Assembly (NCBI GenBank): GCA_016235455.1
Contig: JACRKZ010000021.1
Location: 1 to 64,000, forward strand
Reading direction: 5' to 3'
Length of the DNA stretch: 64,000 bases
Source of the DNA: Armatimonadota bacterium
GTDB lineage: Bacteria > Armatimonadota > UBA10988
Part shown: positions 46,595 to 57,614 of the stretch, piece by piece
How positions within the stretch are numbered: the stretch's first letter is position 1
Layout: every line of letters starts with the position of its first letter
The notes under the pieces: generated by a model
Told to the model about the DNA's origin: nothing
Seen by the model: only the letters and a program-made list of their open reading frames with translations
Databases searched by the model: none
Position numbers and translations under genes: made by a program

Positions 46595-47881
46595 ATGGGC
46601 ATGGTGTTCGACAACAATCAGGTGACCACGAGGCGGCTCAGCCGCGGCGCGCGCGTGGCCGTGCTGACGCTGCCGTGGGCCCGCAGTGTGTCCATCGGCG
46701 CGTGGGTGCGCTCGGGCACGCGCGATGAGCCGGCCGAGCTCGGCGGCATCGCCCACTTCCTCGAGCACATGGTGTTCAAGGGCTCGCGTCGCTACGACAC
46801 GTTGGGCCTGGCCCGCGCCTTCGAGACGCTCGGCGGCACCATGGACGCTTACACCACGCACGAGACGACCGTCTACAGCGTTCAGGTGCTGCCCGAGCAT
46901 GTCGGCGCCGGGCTGGAGCTGCTGTCCGAGTTGCTGGTCTACCCCACCCTCTCTAGCGACGACATCGAGCTGGAAAAGCAGGTCGTCGACGAAGAGATCC
47001 AGGAGTCCGAGGACAGTCCCAGTGACATCGTCCTGGAGATCTGCGCCCGGCAGGCCTGGGGCGAGCATCCGCTGGCACGCCCGGTGCTGGGCACGCGGGC
47101 CACGGTGGGCCCGCTCGACGAGGCCACGCTGCGCACCTGGCAGCGCGGGCAGTATGCCGGCGACCGCCTGTTGCTGGCGGCGGCCGGTGCCATCGAGCCC
47201 GAGGCCTTCATCGATGCCGCCGAGCGCGCCTTTGGCGAACTGCCCGAGCAGCCCGCGCCGCTGGAGCGCCGCCAACCCGAGTTCACGCCCGGCCTGGTCG
47301 TCAAGCGCGAGCCGGCCGACCAGATCCACCTCTGCCTGGCCACCCGTGCGCCCGCGGCGGTCGATGCCGAGCGCCACGCGCTGTGGGTCATCGACATGCT
47401 GCTGGGCGCGACCATGTCCAGCCGGCTGTTCCAGGAGGTGCGCGAGAAACGTGGCCTGGCCTACCAGGTGAGCAGTTCGTGGCAGGCGCAGCAGGACGTG
47501 GGCATGTTGACCATCGATGCCATCGCCAGCCCGGCCAAGGTGCCCGAACTGCTGGAGGTGGTGCTGGCCGAAGCCGAGGCCATGGCCGCCGCCCCGTTGG
47601 CCGAGGACGACCTGGCCTGGGTCAAGGAGTACGCGCGCACGACGCTGCGGCTGGGCTCGGAATCGGTCTCGGCGCAGATGTCGCGGCTGGCGCGCGGATA
47701 CTTCCACGAAGATCGCTACGTGACATTGGACGAGACGCTGACGGCCATCGAGGAGCTGTCGGGCGAGGAGATCCAGGCAACGGCCGAGCGTCTGTTTGGC
47801 GACCGACGCTGGGTGTTGGCCGCGGCGGGGCCGGTGACCCCCAAGCGCGCCGACCGTTGGGGAAAGGTGATACTGCCATGA
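46595..47881 (+). CDS. M16 family zinc peptidase
   Basis: HFLEHMVFKG and SSRLFQEVREKRGLAY; conserved pnp-M16-dapB order. Confidence 0.94.
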   Translation: MGMVFDNNQVTTRRLSRGARVAVLTLPWARSVSIGAWVRSGTRDEPAELGGIAHFLEHMVFKGSRRYDTLGLARAFETLGGTMDAYTTHETTVYSVQVLPEHVGAGLELLSELLVYPTLSSDDIELEKQVVDEEIQESEDSPSDIVLEICARQAWGEHPLARPVLGTRATVGPLDEATLRTWQRGQYAGDRLLLAAAGAIEPEAFIDAAERAFGELPEQPAPLERRQPEFTPGLVVKREPADQIHLCLATRAPAAVDAERHALWVIDMLLGATMSSRLFQEVREKRGLAYQVSSSWQAQQDVGMLTIDAIASPAKVPELLEVVLAEAEAMAAAPLAEDDLAWVKEYARTTLRLGSESVSAQMSRLARGYFHEDRYVTLDETLTAIEELSGEEIQATAERLFGDRRWVLAAAGPVTPKRADRWGKVILP

Positions 47882-48657
47882 GTGAGCCGATTCGAGTACT
47901 GGTGTTGGGCGCGGCCGGGCGCATGGGCCGCATGGTGACCGCGGCGGTCGAGGCCGCCGACGGGCTGGAAGCCGTGGGCGCGGTGGACCTGCCGCAACTG
48001 GCCGACGGGCTGAGCCTGCCCTGCTTCGGCACGGTGGCCGAAGCCGTGGCCGCGGTGCAGCCGCAGGTGGCCATCGACTTCACCCATGCCGAGCCCGCGC
48101 GGCTCAACCTGCCCGCGCTCATCGAGCACGGTGTGTCGCCGGTGATCGGCACCACTGGCCTCAGCGCGGCCGAGGTTGAGGCGCTCGGCGGCACCGCCAA
48201 GCACCGCGGCATCCCCGCCTTCCTGGCGCCCAACTTCGCTATCGGCGCGGTGCTCATGATGCGCTTCGCCGGCGAGGCCGCGAAGTACTTCGACTATGCC
48301 GACGTGATCGAGTATCACCACGAGAACAAGCGCGACGCGCCCAGCGGCACCGCCGCCAAGACCCTCGAGATGATGCTCACGGCGCGCGGCGGCGACTTCG
48401 CCGACACGCCGGTGGACGAGTTCGAGACCATCGACGGCGCGCGCGGCGGCGGCCGCGGTTTTGCCCATGTGCACAGCGTGCGCATGCCCGGCTTCGTGGC
48501 CGATCAGGACGTGCTGCTGGGCGGGCCGGGCGAGAACCTGCGCATCTCGCACCGCAGCCTGGACCGCGGGTGCTTCATGCCGGGCGTGGTGCTGGCGGCG
48601 AAGCGTGTGCTGGGGCTGCCGGCGGGGTTGACGGTGGGGCTGGACGCGATTCTGTAG
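47878..48657 (+). CDS. dapB: 4-hydroxy-tetrahydrodipicolinate reductase
   Basis: GAAGRMG, IDFT, GTTG, APNFAIG and EYHHENKRDAPSGTA. Confidence 0.96.
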   Translation: MSEPIRVLVLGAAGRMGRMVTAAVEAADGLEAVGAVDLPQLADGLSLPCFGTVAEAVAAVQPQVAIDFTHAEPARLNLPALIEHGVSPVIGTTGLSAAEVEALGGTAKHRGIPAFLAPNFAIGAVLMMRFAGEAAKYFDYADVIEYHHENKRDAPSGTAAKTLEMMLTARGGDFADTPVDEFETIDGARGGGRGFAHVHSVRMPGFVADQDVLLGGPGENLRISHRSLDRGCFMPGVVLAAKRVLGLPAGLTVGLDAIL

Positions 48658-48711
48658 AGTGGCACGACCGGAGTGGCAGGGCTACGGCGCGCCGACCAGC
48701 CTGGACCAGTG

Positions 48712-48808
48712 CCGGAGCGCCAGGCTCCTGCGTGGCATCGGCCGTTGGCCGACACCAAAGGCGACGCGGACCCGCATTGGGTGCCGCGCAGGAGCGCGGC
48801 GCTCCCAG
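48712..48808. repeat. degenerate GGAG-type REP doublet (REPIN-like)
   Basis: GGAGC-GCCAGGC-TCCT-GCGTGGCA … TGCCGCGC-AGGA-GCGCGGC-GCTCCCAG; related to 60833-61021. Confidence 0.7.
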
Positions 48809-48964
48809 GCTCGGTAGGGGGCGGTTGGCAATCGGCTCAGCCACCTGCCCACACGGTCTACCGCGGCGGGCCCCAGAGCACCGAAGCGGCGCCTACCTCC
48901 GACTTGGCGACCGATCAGGGCCTGGATGGCGGCCATCGCCAGCGGCTCACTCCGCTCCGCGGCC

Positions 48965-50425
48965 TCACTTGCCCCGCTTCACCTCATTCACCCGCGCCCG
49001 CTCCGGCAGCCGCTTGTAGTGCTCATCCAGCGGATAGCACCCCGAGATCATGCCGTTGCGCGGCGCGGTGGTGCAGTCGGAGAAGGTGCGGCAGATGCGC
49101 TTCTTGGCCATCGGCCGCCCGGCCAGCGTGTCGGCCGGCAACTCGGGGTAGCTGAGCACCATGCGGCCCAGGCCCACCGAGTCCACCCAGCCCTGACGCA
49201 CCACGGCCTGCGCCACGTTGGGGATCCACTCCTGCAGATACGTGTAGCCCGTGCCGACGATGACGTGCTGCGGGAACGCCGCCTTGAGGTCGCGCACCGC
49301 CGCCACCTGCCGCGCCACGCCGATGAGCGGGTCCTCGGGCGGCTGATAGCCGTCGCTCGGCGGGTAGTAGGCCGGGCGCTGGATGTGGGGGTTGTAGTAC
49401 GGGCTGCCCGCGGTCAGGTTGACCCAGTGGATGCCAAGCCGGTCGAGCAGCGCCAGGAAGGCGTGCGTCTCGGTCAGGTCGACGGCCAGCGGGTGCTGCC
49501 GGTCGCAGCCGAAGGCCGGGTACGGCAGCGCGTCGGCGAACGGCTCGGGCACGCCGCGGCCGAGCTTGCCGTCGGCGCCGTCATGGTCAGGGTCGGGCCG
49601 GTAGGCCACGAAGTCGAAGGCGCTCAGCCGCACGCCCAGGCCCAGTCCCGGCGCCGCCGCGCGCACCGCCTCGGTCAGCTCGACCAGGTAGCGCGTGCGG
49701 CCCTCGAAGTCACCGCCGAATTCGCCCGGCCGATCATAGGCTGAGAGCAGTTCATGGCCCAGATAGCCGTGGCAGTGCTTCAGGTCGACAAACTGGTAGC
49801 CAAGCTCGTAAGCCGCCTTGGCCGCGACCGCGTAGTCGGCGATGTACTCGCGGATCTGCGCGTCGGTCAGCACCGGGTAGTCGGGCGCGATGCCGAACTT
49901 ACGGTCGAGGATCGGATGGTGATAGGCGATCCTTGGCTCCAGCTTCTTCTTGTCGTTCGGTCGGGAAAAGCGGCCTGAGTGGGTCAGTTGCAGGCCGACG
50001 AGCAGGTCGTCGGTGTTGCCATAGAGCTCGCGGTGCACCTCGACCAACCGCGCGCGCAGCGCGCCGATGGCCTCGTGGGTGTGGGGCGCGAGCAGGAGCT
50101 GGTTGGGATTGGCGCGGCCATCATGCCGCACGGCGACCGCCTCGCCACCCCAGATGAGCTTGGCACCGCTCTGGCCGAAGCGCTCCCAGCGGCGCATGGT
50201 GTACTCGGTGGGCAGCCCGTCGGGCGTGCCGTCCCAGCCCTCCATGGGGTGGATGCAGAAGCGGTTGCCCGCGGTCAGGCCGTCGGCCGACAGCGGCTGA
50301 GCCAGCGGCGACGCGGGGCCGGACTCGACAGTGTCGTCGCTCGGCAGGTCCAACTCCAGCGTAGCGAGGTGCGCGCGGAGGGCGGCGATATCGGGCAGCG
50401 TGCCCAGACGCGGGTATTCAGCCAT
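48965..50425 (-). CDS. NADH:flavin oxidoreductase (Old Yellow Enzyme family)
   Basis: [34 protein letters not shown] and GLGR. Confidence 0.92.
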   Translation of the reverse strand: MAEYPRLGTLPDIAALRAHLATLELDLPSDDTVESGPASPLAQPLSADGLTAGNRFCIHPMEGWDGTPDGLPTEYTMRRWERFGQSGAKLIWGGEAVAVRHDGRANPNQLLLAPHTHEAIGALRARLVEVHRELYGNTDDLLVGLQLTHSGRFSRPNDKKKLEPRIAYHHPILDRKFGIAPDYPVLTDAQIREYIADYAVAAKAAYELGYQFVDLKHCHGYLGHELLSAYDRPGEFGGDFEGRTRYLVELTEAVRAAAPGLGLGVRLSAFDFVAYRPDPDHDGADGKLGRGVPEPFADALPYPAFGCDRQHPLAVDLTETHAFLALLDRLGIHWVNLTAGSPYYNPHIQRPAYYPPSDGYQPPEDPLIGVARQVAAVRDLKAAFPQHVIVGTGYTYLQEWIPNVAQAVVRQGWVDSVGLGRMVLSYPELPADTLAGRPMAKKRICRTFSDCTTAPRNGMISGCYPLDEHYKRLPERARVNEVKRGK

Positions 50426-50524
50426 GGCGGTCGTCCTTTGCTGACGGTAGCCCCAAGGTAGCGGCCGAGGGCGGCTTGTGTCAATCCGGCAGGAGCCGCG
50501 CCCGTCACGGCCAACACCGCCGGC

Positions 50525-52051
50525 ATGAAGCGCATCAGCATCCTCAACGACGTGCTCGGCCCCATCATGCGTGGGCCGTCCAGCTCCCATACCGCCGGCT
50601 CGTACCACCTCGGCGCGCTCGGCCGGTCGCTGCTCGGCGGGCGTCCGACGCGCGCGGTAATCACCTTCGATGCCGACGGCTCGTTTGCCCCGTGCTATCG
50701 CGCCCAGGGGTCCGATCTGGCCTTTGCCGCGGCGCTGCTGGGCTGGTCCATCACCGACGACCGCGTGCCCATGGCGCTGCTGGAGGCGCCTGCCTCGGGC
50801 CTGGAGATCCGTTTCGAGACCGCGGCGTTGCGTGACGCCGACCACCCAAACCGCGTGCACCTCGACCTGACCGCCGCCGGCGGCCACACGATGCACCTCT
50901 CCGGCCGCTCGGTCGGTGGTGGTGCCGTGGAGATCACCGAGGTCGACGGCTGGCCCGTGCTGCTCACCGGCGCGAGCCACACGCTGCTGGTCGAAGTCGA
51001 CCGCGAAGACGCCGAGTCCGCCGCCGCCGAGTTGGCCTGTCTGCCGCTGCTGAAACCTGTCAGCCAGCAACGTGACGGGACCGCGGTGCTGTTGACGGCC
51101 GAGCTGGCCGAGCCGGCGACGGCAGTGCCCACGACGGCGAAGCAGGTCTGGCGGGCCGAGCCGCTGATGTTCACCAAGCGCGGCTCCGAGCTGTTTGCCG
51201 GCACGCGGGAGATGCTCGCTTACGCGTCAGCGCAGTCCTGCGGGCTGGCCGCCGCGGCCCTGGCTTACGAGGCCGCCCTGCTGGGCATCGACGAAGCTGA
51301 GGCCAACGCCGCCATGGGCCGGCGCCTGGCGGTGATGCTTGGCTCGGCGCGCGGAGGGCTGGAGCCCGGACTGCCGCTGATGCAACTGCTGCGCCCCACG
51401 GCCGGCAGCATCTTCGCCGCCGAGCAGGCCGGCCAGGTGGCCGTCGGCGGGCTGCACACCCGCGCCGCGGCGCGAGCCATGGCGGCCATGCACATCAACT
51501 GCGGCATGGGCGTGGTCTGCGCCGCGCCAACCGCGGGTTCCGCGGGCGTGCTGCCCGGTGTGCTGACCACCCTGGCCGACGACCGCGAACTGAGCGAGGC
51601 GGCGCTGATCGCCACGTTGTGGGCGGCCGGCGCGGTGGGGCTGGTGGTCGCTGAGCGCGCCACCTTCGCGGCCGAAGTGGGCGGCTGCCAGGTGGAGATC
51701 GGCGCGGCCGGCGCCATGGCCGCCGCGGCGGTGGTGGAGATGGCCGGCGGCACGGCGCAGCAGGCCTGCGATGCCGCTGCGGTCTGCTTCCAGAACACCA
51801 TGGGCTCGGTCTGCGATCTGGTGCAGGGCATCGTGGAGATCCCCTGCCACACGCGCAACGCGGTGGCGGCGTCGTCAGCGTTCGTCGTGGCCGACCTGGT
51901 GCTCGGCGGGTATGAGAACCCCGTTGGCCTCGATGAGACCGTGGACGCCGTGTTGGCCGTGGGCCGCATGTTGCCCCCCGAGCTGCGCGTCACCTCGCGT
52001 GGCGGGCTGGCCGTCTGCCCGTCGGCCCTGGCCCTGCCGCGCCTGAGCTGA
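50525..52051 (+). CDS. Fe-S L-serine dehydratase, fused beta-alpha subunits
   Basis: [37 protein letters not shown] and PCHTRN. Confidence 0.92.
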   Translation: MKRISILNDVLGPIMRGPSSSHTAGSYHLGALGRSLLGGRPTRAVITFDADGSFAPCYRAQGSDLAFAAALLGWSITDDRVPMALLEAPASGLEIRFETAALRDADHPNRVHLDLTAAGGHTMHLSGRSVGGGAVEITEVDGWPVLLTGASHTLLVEVDREDAESAAAELACLPLLKPVSQQRDGTAVLLTAELAEPATAVPTTAKQVWRAEPLMFTKRGSELFAGTREMLAYASAQSCGLAAAALAYEAALLGIDEAEANAAMGRRLAVMLGSARGGLEPGLPLMQLLRPTAGSIFAAEQAGQVAVGGLHTRAAARAMAAMHINCGMGVVCAAPTAGSAGVLPGVLTTLADDRELSEAALIATLWAAGAVGLVVAERATFAAEVGGCQVEIGAAGAMAAAAVVEMAGGTAQQACDAAAVCFQNTMGSVCDLVQGIVEIPCHTRNAVAASSAFVVADLVLGGYENPVGLDETVDAVLAVGRMLPPELRVTSRGGLAVCPSALALPRLS

Positions 52052-52069
52052 GATACCGGAGAACCCACC

Positions 52070-53050
52070 GTGTCGAGCCTGCTCTTCCTGTCCGCATCAT
52101 CCCTACGCCAGGCGCTACCCATGGCCGACGCCGTGGCCGCGATGAAAGACGCCTTCGTGGCGGTCTCCGCTGGCCGCGTGGCCATGCCCGCGCGCTCGCA
52201 CCTGGACATCGGTGAGCCGGGCGACAAGAGCCTGGTCATGCCGGCCTTCTGCCCGGATCTGGGCGGCCTGGGCGTCAAGGTGGTCAACCTGGTCGGCGGC
52301 AACCTGGCGCGAGGCCTGCCGCGCATCCAGGCGCTGGTGGCGCTGTTCGACGGCGACACCGGCCAGCCACTGGCCGTCCTCGACGGCGCCGCCCTGACCG
52401 CCCAGCGCACCGGCGCGGCGGCCGGCGCGGCGACGGATGTCCTGGCCCGCGCCGACGCGCGCACGACGGCCATCTTCGGCGCCGGTGTGCAGGCGCGCAC
52501 CCAACTCGCCGCCGTGCACTGCGTGCGGCCCCTGGCCCGTGCCTGGGTGGTCGACGCCGACCCAGCGCGCGCGGCGGCCTTCGCCACCGAAATGAGCGAC
52601 GCGCTGGGCCTGCCGGTGACGCCGGCCAGCGCGGCCGAGGCGCTGTCGGCGGCCGACATCGTCTGCACGGTGACCACCTCGGCCAGCCCGGTGTTCGACG
52701 ATGCCGACCTGCGGCCGGGCACGCACGTCAACGCGGTTGGCGTCTATCAACTCCACATGCACGAGGTCCCGCCGGCCACCGTGGCTCGTGCCAGCCTGTT
52801 CGTCGACCAACGCGAAGCAGCCCTGGACGAGGCCGGTGACCTGGTCATCCCGCTGCGTGCGGGCCTGCTGACCGACAACAACTGGCCCGAACTGGGCGAG
52901 GTCATCGTCGGCGGCCGACCCGGCCGGACATGGGACGACGAGGTAACGCTGTTCAAGTCGGTGGGCCTGGCCGCCCAGGACCTGGCGGCGGCGGCGCGCG
53001 CCGTGGCCACGGCGCGGCGGCTGGGGCTGGGTTGCGAGGTCGAGATGTGA
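52070..53050 (+). CDS. ornithine cyclodeaminase/mu-crystallin family protein
   Basis: [21 protein letters not shown] and [10 protein letters not shown]. Confidence 0.93.
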   Translation: MSSLLFLSASSLRQALPMADAVAAMKDAFVAVSAGRVAMPARSHLDIGEPGDKSLVMPAFCPDLGGLGVKVVNLVGGNLARGLPRIQALVALFDGDTGQPLAVLDGAALTAQRTGAAAGAATDVLARADARTTAIFGAGVQARTQLAAVHCVRPLARAWVVDADPARAAAFATEMSDALGLPVTPASAAEALSAADIVCTVTTSASPVFDDADLRPGTHVNAVGVYQLHMHEVPPATVARASLFVDQREAALDEAGDLVIPLRAGLLTDNNWPELGEVIVGGRPGRTWDDEVTLFKSVGLAAQDLAAAARAVATARRLGLGCEVEM

Positions 53051-53115
53051 GCGGCGCCCGCGCGCCTTACACCCAGGCCCGCAGGTGGTACAATACCCTC
53101 ACGGAGGCCACGGTC

Positions 53116-53754
53116 ATGCCCGACCAGGACGTGCTGTCGATGGAAGAGAATGTGCTGCTGGCGCAGACCAGTACGGTCTTCGACTGGGCGCAGTCGCAGA
53201 AAGACAAGCTCAAGGGCGTGGTGGACAACGTGGTTGCCGCCGATCACCTCATCGGCCGCACCGTGCGCGATGTGGAGCGCTGGGCCCAGCGCAACGCCGT
53301 GTGGCCCGCGCTGTTTGGCCTGGCCTGCTGCGCCATCGAGATGATGGCCGTGGGCGGCAGCCATTTCGACCTGTCGCGCTTCGGCTCCGAAGTGTTCCGC
53401 GCCTCGCCGCGCCAGGCCGACCTGATGATCGTCGCCGGCCGCGTGAGCCACAAGATGGCGCCGGTCCTCAAGCAGATCTACGACCAGATGGCCGAGCCCA
53501 AATGGGTGCTGGCCATGGGCGCCTGCGCCTCCAGCGGTGGCGTGTTCAACAACTACGCCATCGTGCAGGGCGTCGACAACGTCGTGCCCGTGGACATCTA
53601 CGTGCCCGGCTGCCCGCCGCGACCGGAACTGCTGCTCGAGGGCATCTTCCTGCTGCAGGAGAAGATCGGCCGCGGTGAGCCCAGCCGTGCCATCCAACTG
53701 GCCCAAGCCGCTGCCGCGGGCGCCGCGGGTGCCACCGCTGACGTAACTGCCTAG
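53116..53754 (+). CDS. nuoB: NADH-quinone oxidoreductase subunit B (copy 1)
   Basis: [24 protein letters not shown] and VPGCPPRPE; TGgTACAAT and GGAGG upstream. Confidence 0.95.
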   Translation: MPDQDVLSMEENVLLAQTSTVFDWAQSQKDKLKGVVDNVVAADHLIGRTVRDVERWAQRNAVWPALFGLACCAIEMMAVGGSHFDLSRFGSEVFRASPRQADLMIVAGRVSHKMAPVLKQIYDQMAEPKWVLAMGACASSGGVFNNYAIVQGVDNVVPVDIYVPGCPPRPELLLEGIFLLQEKIGRGEPSRAIQLAQAAAAGAAGATADVTA

Positions 53755-53763
53755 GGAGCCATC

Positions 53764-54396
53764 GTGAGCGAGCCCACCGGAACCCCCAGCCCAGCCACCG
53801 TGGCCGACCTGGCCAACAGTTCGTTGCCCTCGTCGGTCGGCTTTGAGGCGCTGCCCGATGGCGGCGTGCTGATGGCCAACACCGACCATCTGAGCGATCT
53901 GATCAACACGGCGCGCGCCAACTCGCTGTGGTACATGACCTTCGGCCTGGCCTGCTGCGCCATCGAGATGATGGCCACCGCCGGCCCGCGCTACGACCTG
54001 GACCGCTTCGGCATGATCCCGCGGCCCACGCCGCGCCAGAGCGACCTGATGATCGTCGCGGGCACCGTGGTCAAGAAGATGGCCCCGCGGGTCAAGCGCC
54101 TCTATGACCAGATGGCCGAGCCGCGCTACGTCCTTGCCATGGGCTCTTGCGCCACCTGCGGCGGACCCTTCCAGGACAGCTACAGCGTGCTCATGGGCGT
54201 CGACCAGATCATCCCCGTGGACGTCTACGTGCCCTTCTGCCCGCCGCGACCCGAGTCGCTCCTACACGGTCTGCTCATGCTGCAGCGCAAGATCCGCCAC
54301 GAGCAGTACCACCGCGCGCGCAGCCTGTCGCCGCTCGGCCGTGTGCTGGCCGGCATCTTCGACCGGGGTGAGGATGCGCCGGTCGAGCAGGCGTAG
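53764..54396 (+). CDS. nuoB: NADH-quinone oxidoreductase subunit B (copy 2)
   Basis: [22 protein letters not shown] and VPFCPPRPE. Confidence 0.93.
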   Translation: MSEPTGTPSPATVADLANSSLPSSVGFEALPDGGVLMANTDHLSDLINTARANSLWYMTFGLACCAIEMMATAGPRYDLDRFGMIPRPTPRQSDLMIVAGTVVKKMAPRVKRLYDQMAEPRYVLAMGSCATCGGPFQDSYSVLMGVDQIIPVDVYVPFCPPRPESLLHGLLMLQRKIRHEQYHRARSLSPLGRVLAGIFDRGEDAPVEQA

Positions 54397-54455
54397 GCCG
54401 GCTGCCTGGCAGACGCGCATGGGGCACAGCCACCCCTCGGGCCCGACGTACGGTG

Positions 54456-55415
54456 CTAGATGAACGTGCCGATCATGCCCGCGCCCAGGAAGGTGCTGAC
54501 GAAGCCCAGGATGTAGATGTCGCGCCACTCAAGCTCCATCACGCGTCTGTAGATGATGACCGTGACAATGAGCTGGGCCAGCATTCCGGCACCGGCGGTG
54601 CCCGTGATCAACGCCAGCAGATCCGCGATGACGCCGCCCAGGAAGGCCGTGGGCACCACGCGGATCATCAGGACGAGTGTCTCCCAGGCACTGAGCCCAG
54701 GACTGTCGTCGGTGATCAGCCATGTCACCTGGAGCGCGAGCGACATGGCGATGCTCTGCATCGGCCAGATGGCAAACGGCACCACCACGCCGATGATGGC
54801 GAACGGCGCGGTTTCGGGGTCGGCGGACAGCGTGCCCCACAGGATGAGGCCGGCCACGAACAACAGCAGTGGCGCCATCCATAGCGGCATCCCGCAGACG
54901 AACCATGACGCCCACGGCTGACCATCGAGGCGTTCGGGCCAGAGCCCCAGCGGTCCGTAGCCGTTCGCCTCGCGCAGCTCCGCGTCGTCCACCTCTTCCT
55001 CGGCCGCCGCCGCGGCAACCTCGGCCTGCTCCTCGACCGCCTGGGCCCAGCGCGGCTTGAGCAAGTCCGGCGCCACGGCCGCCTGCAGGGCGTCGGCCTG
55101 GCCGTCGCGCAGCCAGACCAGCTTGCACTTGCCGCAGGTGTACATGGGCAGGTCGGGCGCCTTGGGGAACGAGCGCTCCTTCATCGGCTCATGGCAACGG
55201 CCGCACTGGGGCACCTGGCCCGCGCGTGAGCCGGCCAGCAGCGTGGCGTTGTAACGATGCTCCAACTCGCCCAGTGCCTGAGGCTGGTGCTTGGCCAGCG
55301 CCGCCAGGTCGCCCGCGTCGAAAAGGAGGCCGCCGCACTCACGGCACCCCTGGACGTTGCGTCCCTCGGTGCTCGTGGTCTCCAGAAGCAGTCCGCATGT
55401 TGGGCAGCGATCCAT
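54456..55415 (-). CDS. double zinc-ribbon (zf-TFIIB-like) membrane protein
   Basis: CPTC…CRECGG.LFD.GDL and CGRC…CGKC.LVWL; C-terminal TM segments. Confidence 0.8.
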   Translation of the reverse strand: MDRCPTCGLLLETTSTEGRNVQGCRECGGLLFDAGDLAALAKHQPQALGELEHRYNATLLAGSRAGQVPQCGRCHEPMKERSFPKAPDLPMYTCGKCKLVWLRDGQADALQAAVAPDLLKPRWAQAVEEQAEVAAAAAEEEVDDAELREANGYGPLGLWPERLDGQPWASWFVCGMPLWMAPLLLFVAGLILWGTLSADPETAPFAIIGVVVPFAIWPMQSIAMSLALQVTWLITDDSPGLSAWETLVLMIRVVPTAFLGGVIADLLALITGTAGAGMLAQLIVTVIIYRRVMELEWRDIYILGFVSTFLGAGMIGTFI

Positions 55416-55502
55416 GAGTGCCCTCCCCTGCCAGCCGTAACGCCGGCCACCCGCTGTCAGTTCCGAGCAGGACTTGTACCCCGGCTCGCCAATGCTTACC
55501 AC

Positions 55503-57614
55503 ATGAGGCGGCGCGTCGTCCAGTCCATGTTACTCCTGCTGCCGCTGGCGCTGGCCGCGGGCTGCCATCGCGCGTCTCCGCCGCCGCCGGCCAGCGTCGA
55601 CCCGGCCAGCACCGCGCCGGAAGCGCCGAACCAGGCCGCTGAGCCCGTGATCATCACCGAGCCCGGCCAACCGCGCTATGTCGGCGCGAGCACCTTCGAG
55701 CCGGCGCGCGCGGCGGCCACCATCCCCGTCTTCGCCGCCAAGGCCGATCTGTCCAACCTGGTGAACCGCGAGGCGTTGAGCGGGTTCGGTGCCAAGCACC
55801 GCGACCTGCTGGCCGCCAACGGTTTTGTGGCCATGCCGGTGGCCGATGAGACGCTGGAGAGCGTCTACCTGCGCAACGCCGCCGACAAGCTGCCCAGCCT
55901 GCTCACCAGCGACGCGCTGCTCTGCGCGTTCGACCGGCTGGCCGACAGCGTGCGCGCGCGCCTGGAGCAGGCCGACCTGCCGGCGCTGCTCACCGCCACG
56001 GTGCTGACTCTGACCGAGCGCTGCACGGCCCAGCTCGCCGCGGCGCCCAGCCCCAACCTCAAGGACGCCGCGCGCCGCAACACCGCCTGCTTCGCGGTGG
56101 CCGCCAGCCTGCTCGGCGTGCCGGTGCGCGTGGAGGCCGGCGCGGGCGCCATGGCCCAGGCCGAGCTGGCGTTGCTCAAAGCGGGCGCCAGAGCGCACAG
56201 CGAGGTGTTTGGCGAGGAGATCGACTACGCCCTCTACCGGCCCGGCACCGGCGACAGCCGTCAGGTACGCTACGACGCCGCCTGCCAGTGGCTCGGCCTG
56301 GCCGGCTGGCACGCCGATGCCGAGCAGCCGCGCGCCACGCGCATGTTGCTGCTGCTCATCCACGCCCTCGGCACCCCGCCCGACCGGGCGCTACGCCAGA
56401 TGGAGGCGTTGGCCGATACGCGCCACTACCTGGTCGGCGCCGAGCCGGCGCGGCTGGCACCGGCTTTCTCCGCTGCCGCCGCGGTCTACAGCGCCAAGCG
56501 CCGGCTGGCCGACTACGACGACATGGACCGCCTGCGTGCCGTGGCCAAGCGGCTACGCCAGCCGCTGGTGCTGCTGCCACGCCCGGCCCGATTGGACGAC
56601 CGGGTGCTGACCGCGTTGTCACCCGCCTCGCCGAGCGGGCTGCCCTCGGGCCTGCTGGTCATGCAGGCGCTGGGCCAGTCGCGCGCCGAATGGCTGGCGG
56701 GCACTGGCTACGCCGTCGGGGCCAAGCTGCCAGCCTACGCCGAGGCGCTGCGCCGGCTGCGCGACGAACTGGCCGCGGTGGACCCGCGGCGCTGGGAATC
56801 CGACCTGGCGCATGGCCGGCTGTGGGCCTCGGCGCCGCTGGACCGCCGCCCGACCGCCGGCTGGCCGGCCTGGCAGCAATCCGCCGCCTGGGCCGACAAG
56901 TCGCTGCTGACCATGCTGGCGGTCTGGTCAGCCAGCCGCCACCGGCCCGACGGCGCCGAGCCGGGCGTGACCGTGACCGCGAGCACCCCGTCGACCAACG
57001 TGCCGCCGAGTTACGTGGAGCCGGCGCCGGACGTCTATGCACGACTGGCACAGCTAGCGCAAGCGCTGTCCATCGGCCTGCGCGGCCACGGCCTGCTGGA
57101 TGCCGACGCCGAGACCCAGACCGACCGCTTCACCACCCTCTGCCTGCTGGCCAAGCGCCTGTCGGAAACCGAACTGCGCAACGAGAGCCTCAATGCGGTC
57201 GACCTGAAGCGCCTGGCTGGCATTGGCGCCGAGCTGGCGACCATCGGCGCGGACGAGGATCGCCTGGCGCGGCCCACGATGGCCACGGCCGTGGCCGCCC
57301 TCGGCGGCACGAAGCTGTGGGAGGCGGTGGGGCCAGTGCAGGTGGTCTACGCCGTGGTGCCCGACCGCGGCAAGCTGTATGTGGCGCGTGGCGCGCTGCT
57401 CAGCTACCACGAGTTCACCGCGCCGGCGCTCAACGACACCGCCTGGCGCGGCCTGGTGGCCGACGGCACGGCGCCGGGGCAACCGGAGTGGGCGGCGAGC
57501 TACCTGTTGGCCAACCCGTTCCGGCCGGGCCTGCCGACGGCCAAGGCGGCGCCGTTCCCGCCGCCGGCGTTGGGGGCGCCTACCCCTTCACCCCCGCCGC
57601 CATCCCCTCGATGA
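55503..57614 (+). CDS. DUF3160-like lipoprotein
   Basis: Lipobox LAAGC; LAANGFV, LTSDALL, WADKSL.T.LA.W, YVEP.PDVY.RL and ARGALLSYHEF. Confidence 0.75.
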   Translation: MRRRVVQSMLLLLPLALAAGCHRASPPPPASVDPASTAPEAPNQAAEPVIITEPGQPRYVGASTFEPARAAATIPVFAAKADLSNLVNREALSGFGAKHRDLLAANGFVAMPVADETLESVYLRNAADKLPSLLTSDALLCAFDRLADSVRARLEQADLPALLTATVLTLTERCTAQLAAAPSPNLKDAARRNTACFAVAASLLGVPVRVEAGAGAMAQAELALLKAGARAHSEVFGEEIDYALYRPGTGDSRQVRYDAACQWLGLAGWHADAEQPRATRMLLLLIHALGTPPDRALRQMEALADTRHYLVGAEPARLAPAFSAAAAVYSAKRRLADYDDMDRLRAVAKRLRQPLVLLPRPARLDDRVLTALSPASPSGLPSGLLVMQALGQSRAEWLAGTGYAVGAKLPAYAEALRRLRDELAAVDPRRWESDLAHGRLWASAPLDRRPTAGWPAWQQSAAWADKSLLTMLAVWSASRHRPDGAEPGVTVTASTPSTNVPPSYVEPAPDVYARLAQLAQALSIGLRGHGLLDADAETQTDRFTTLCLLAKRLSETELRNESLNAVDLKRLAGIGAELATIGADEDRLARPTMATAVAALGGTKLWEAVGPVQVVYAVVPDRGKLYVARGALLSYHEFTAPALNDTAWRGLVADGTAPGQPEWAASYLLANPFRPGLPTAKAAPFPPPALGAPTPSPPPPSPR

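Noticed and set aside
54393-54456. GTAG-started REP after the second nuoB
   Set aside because: Only a weak palindrome, with no clear matching copy in the window
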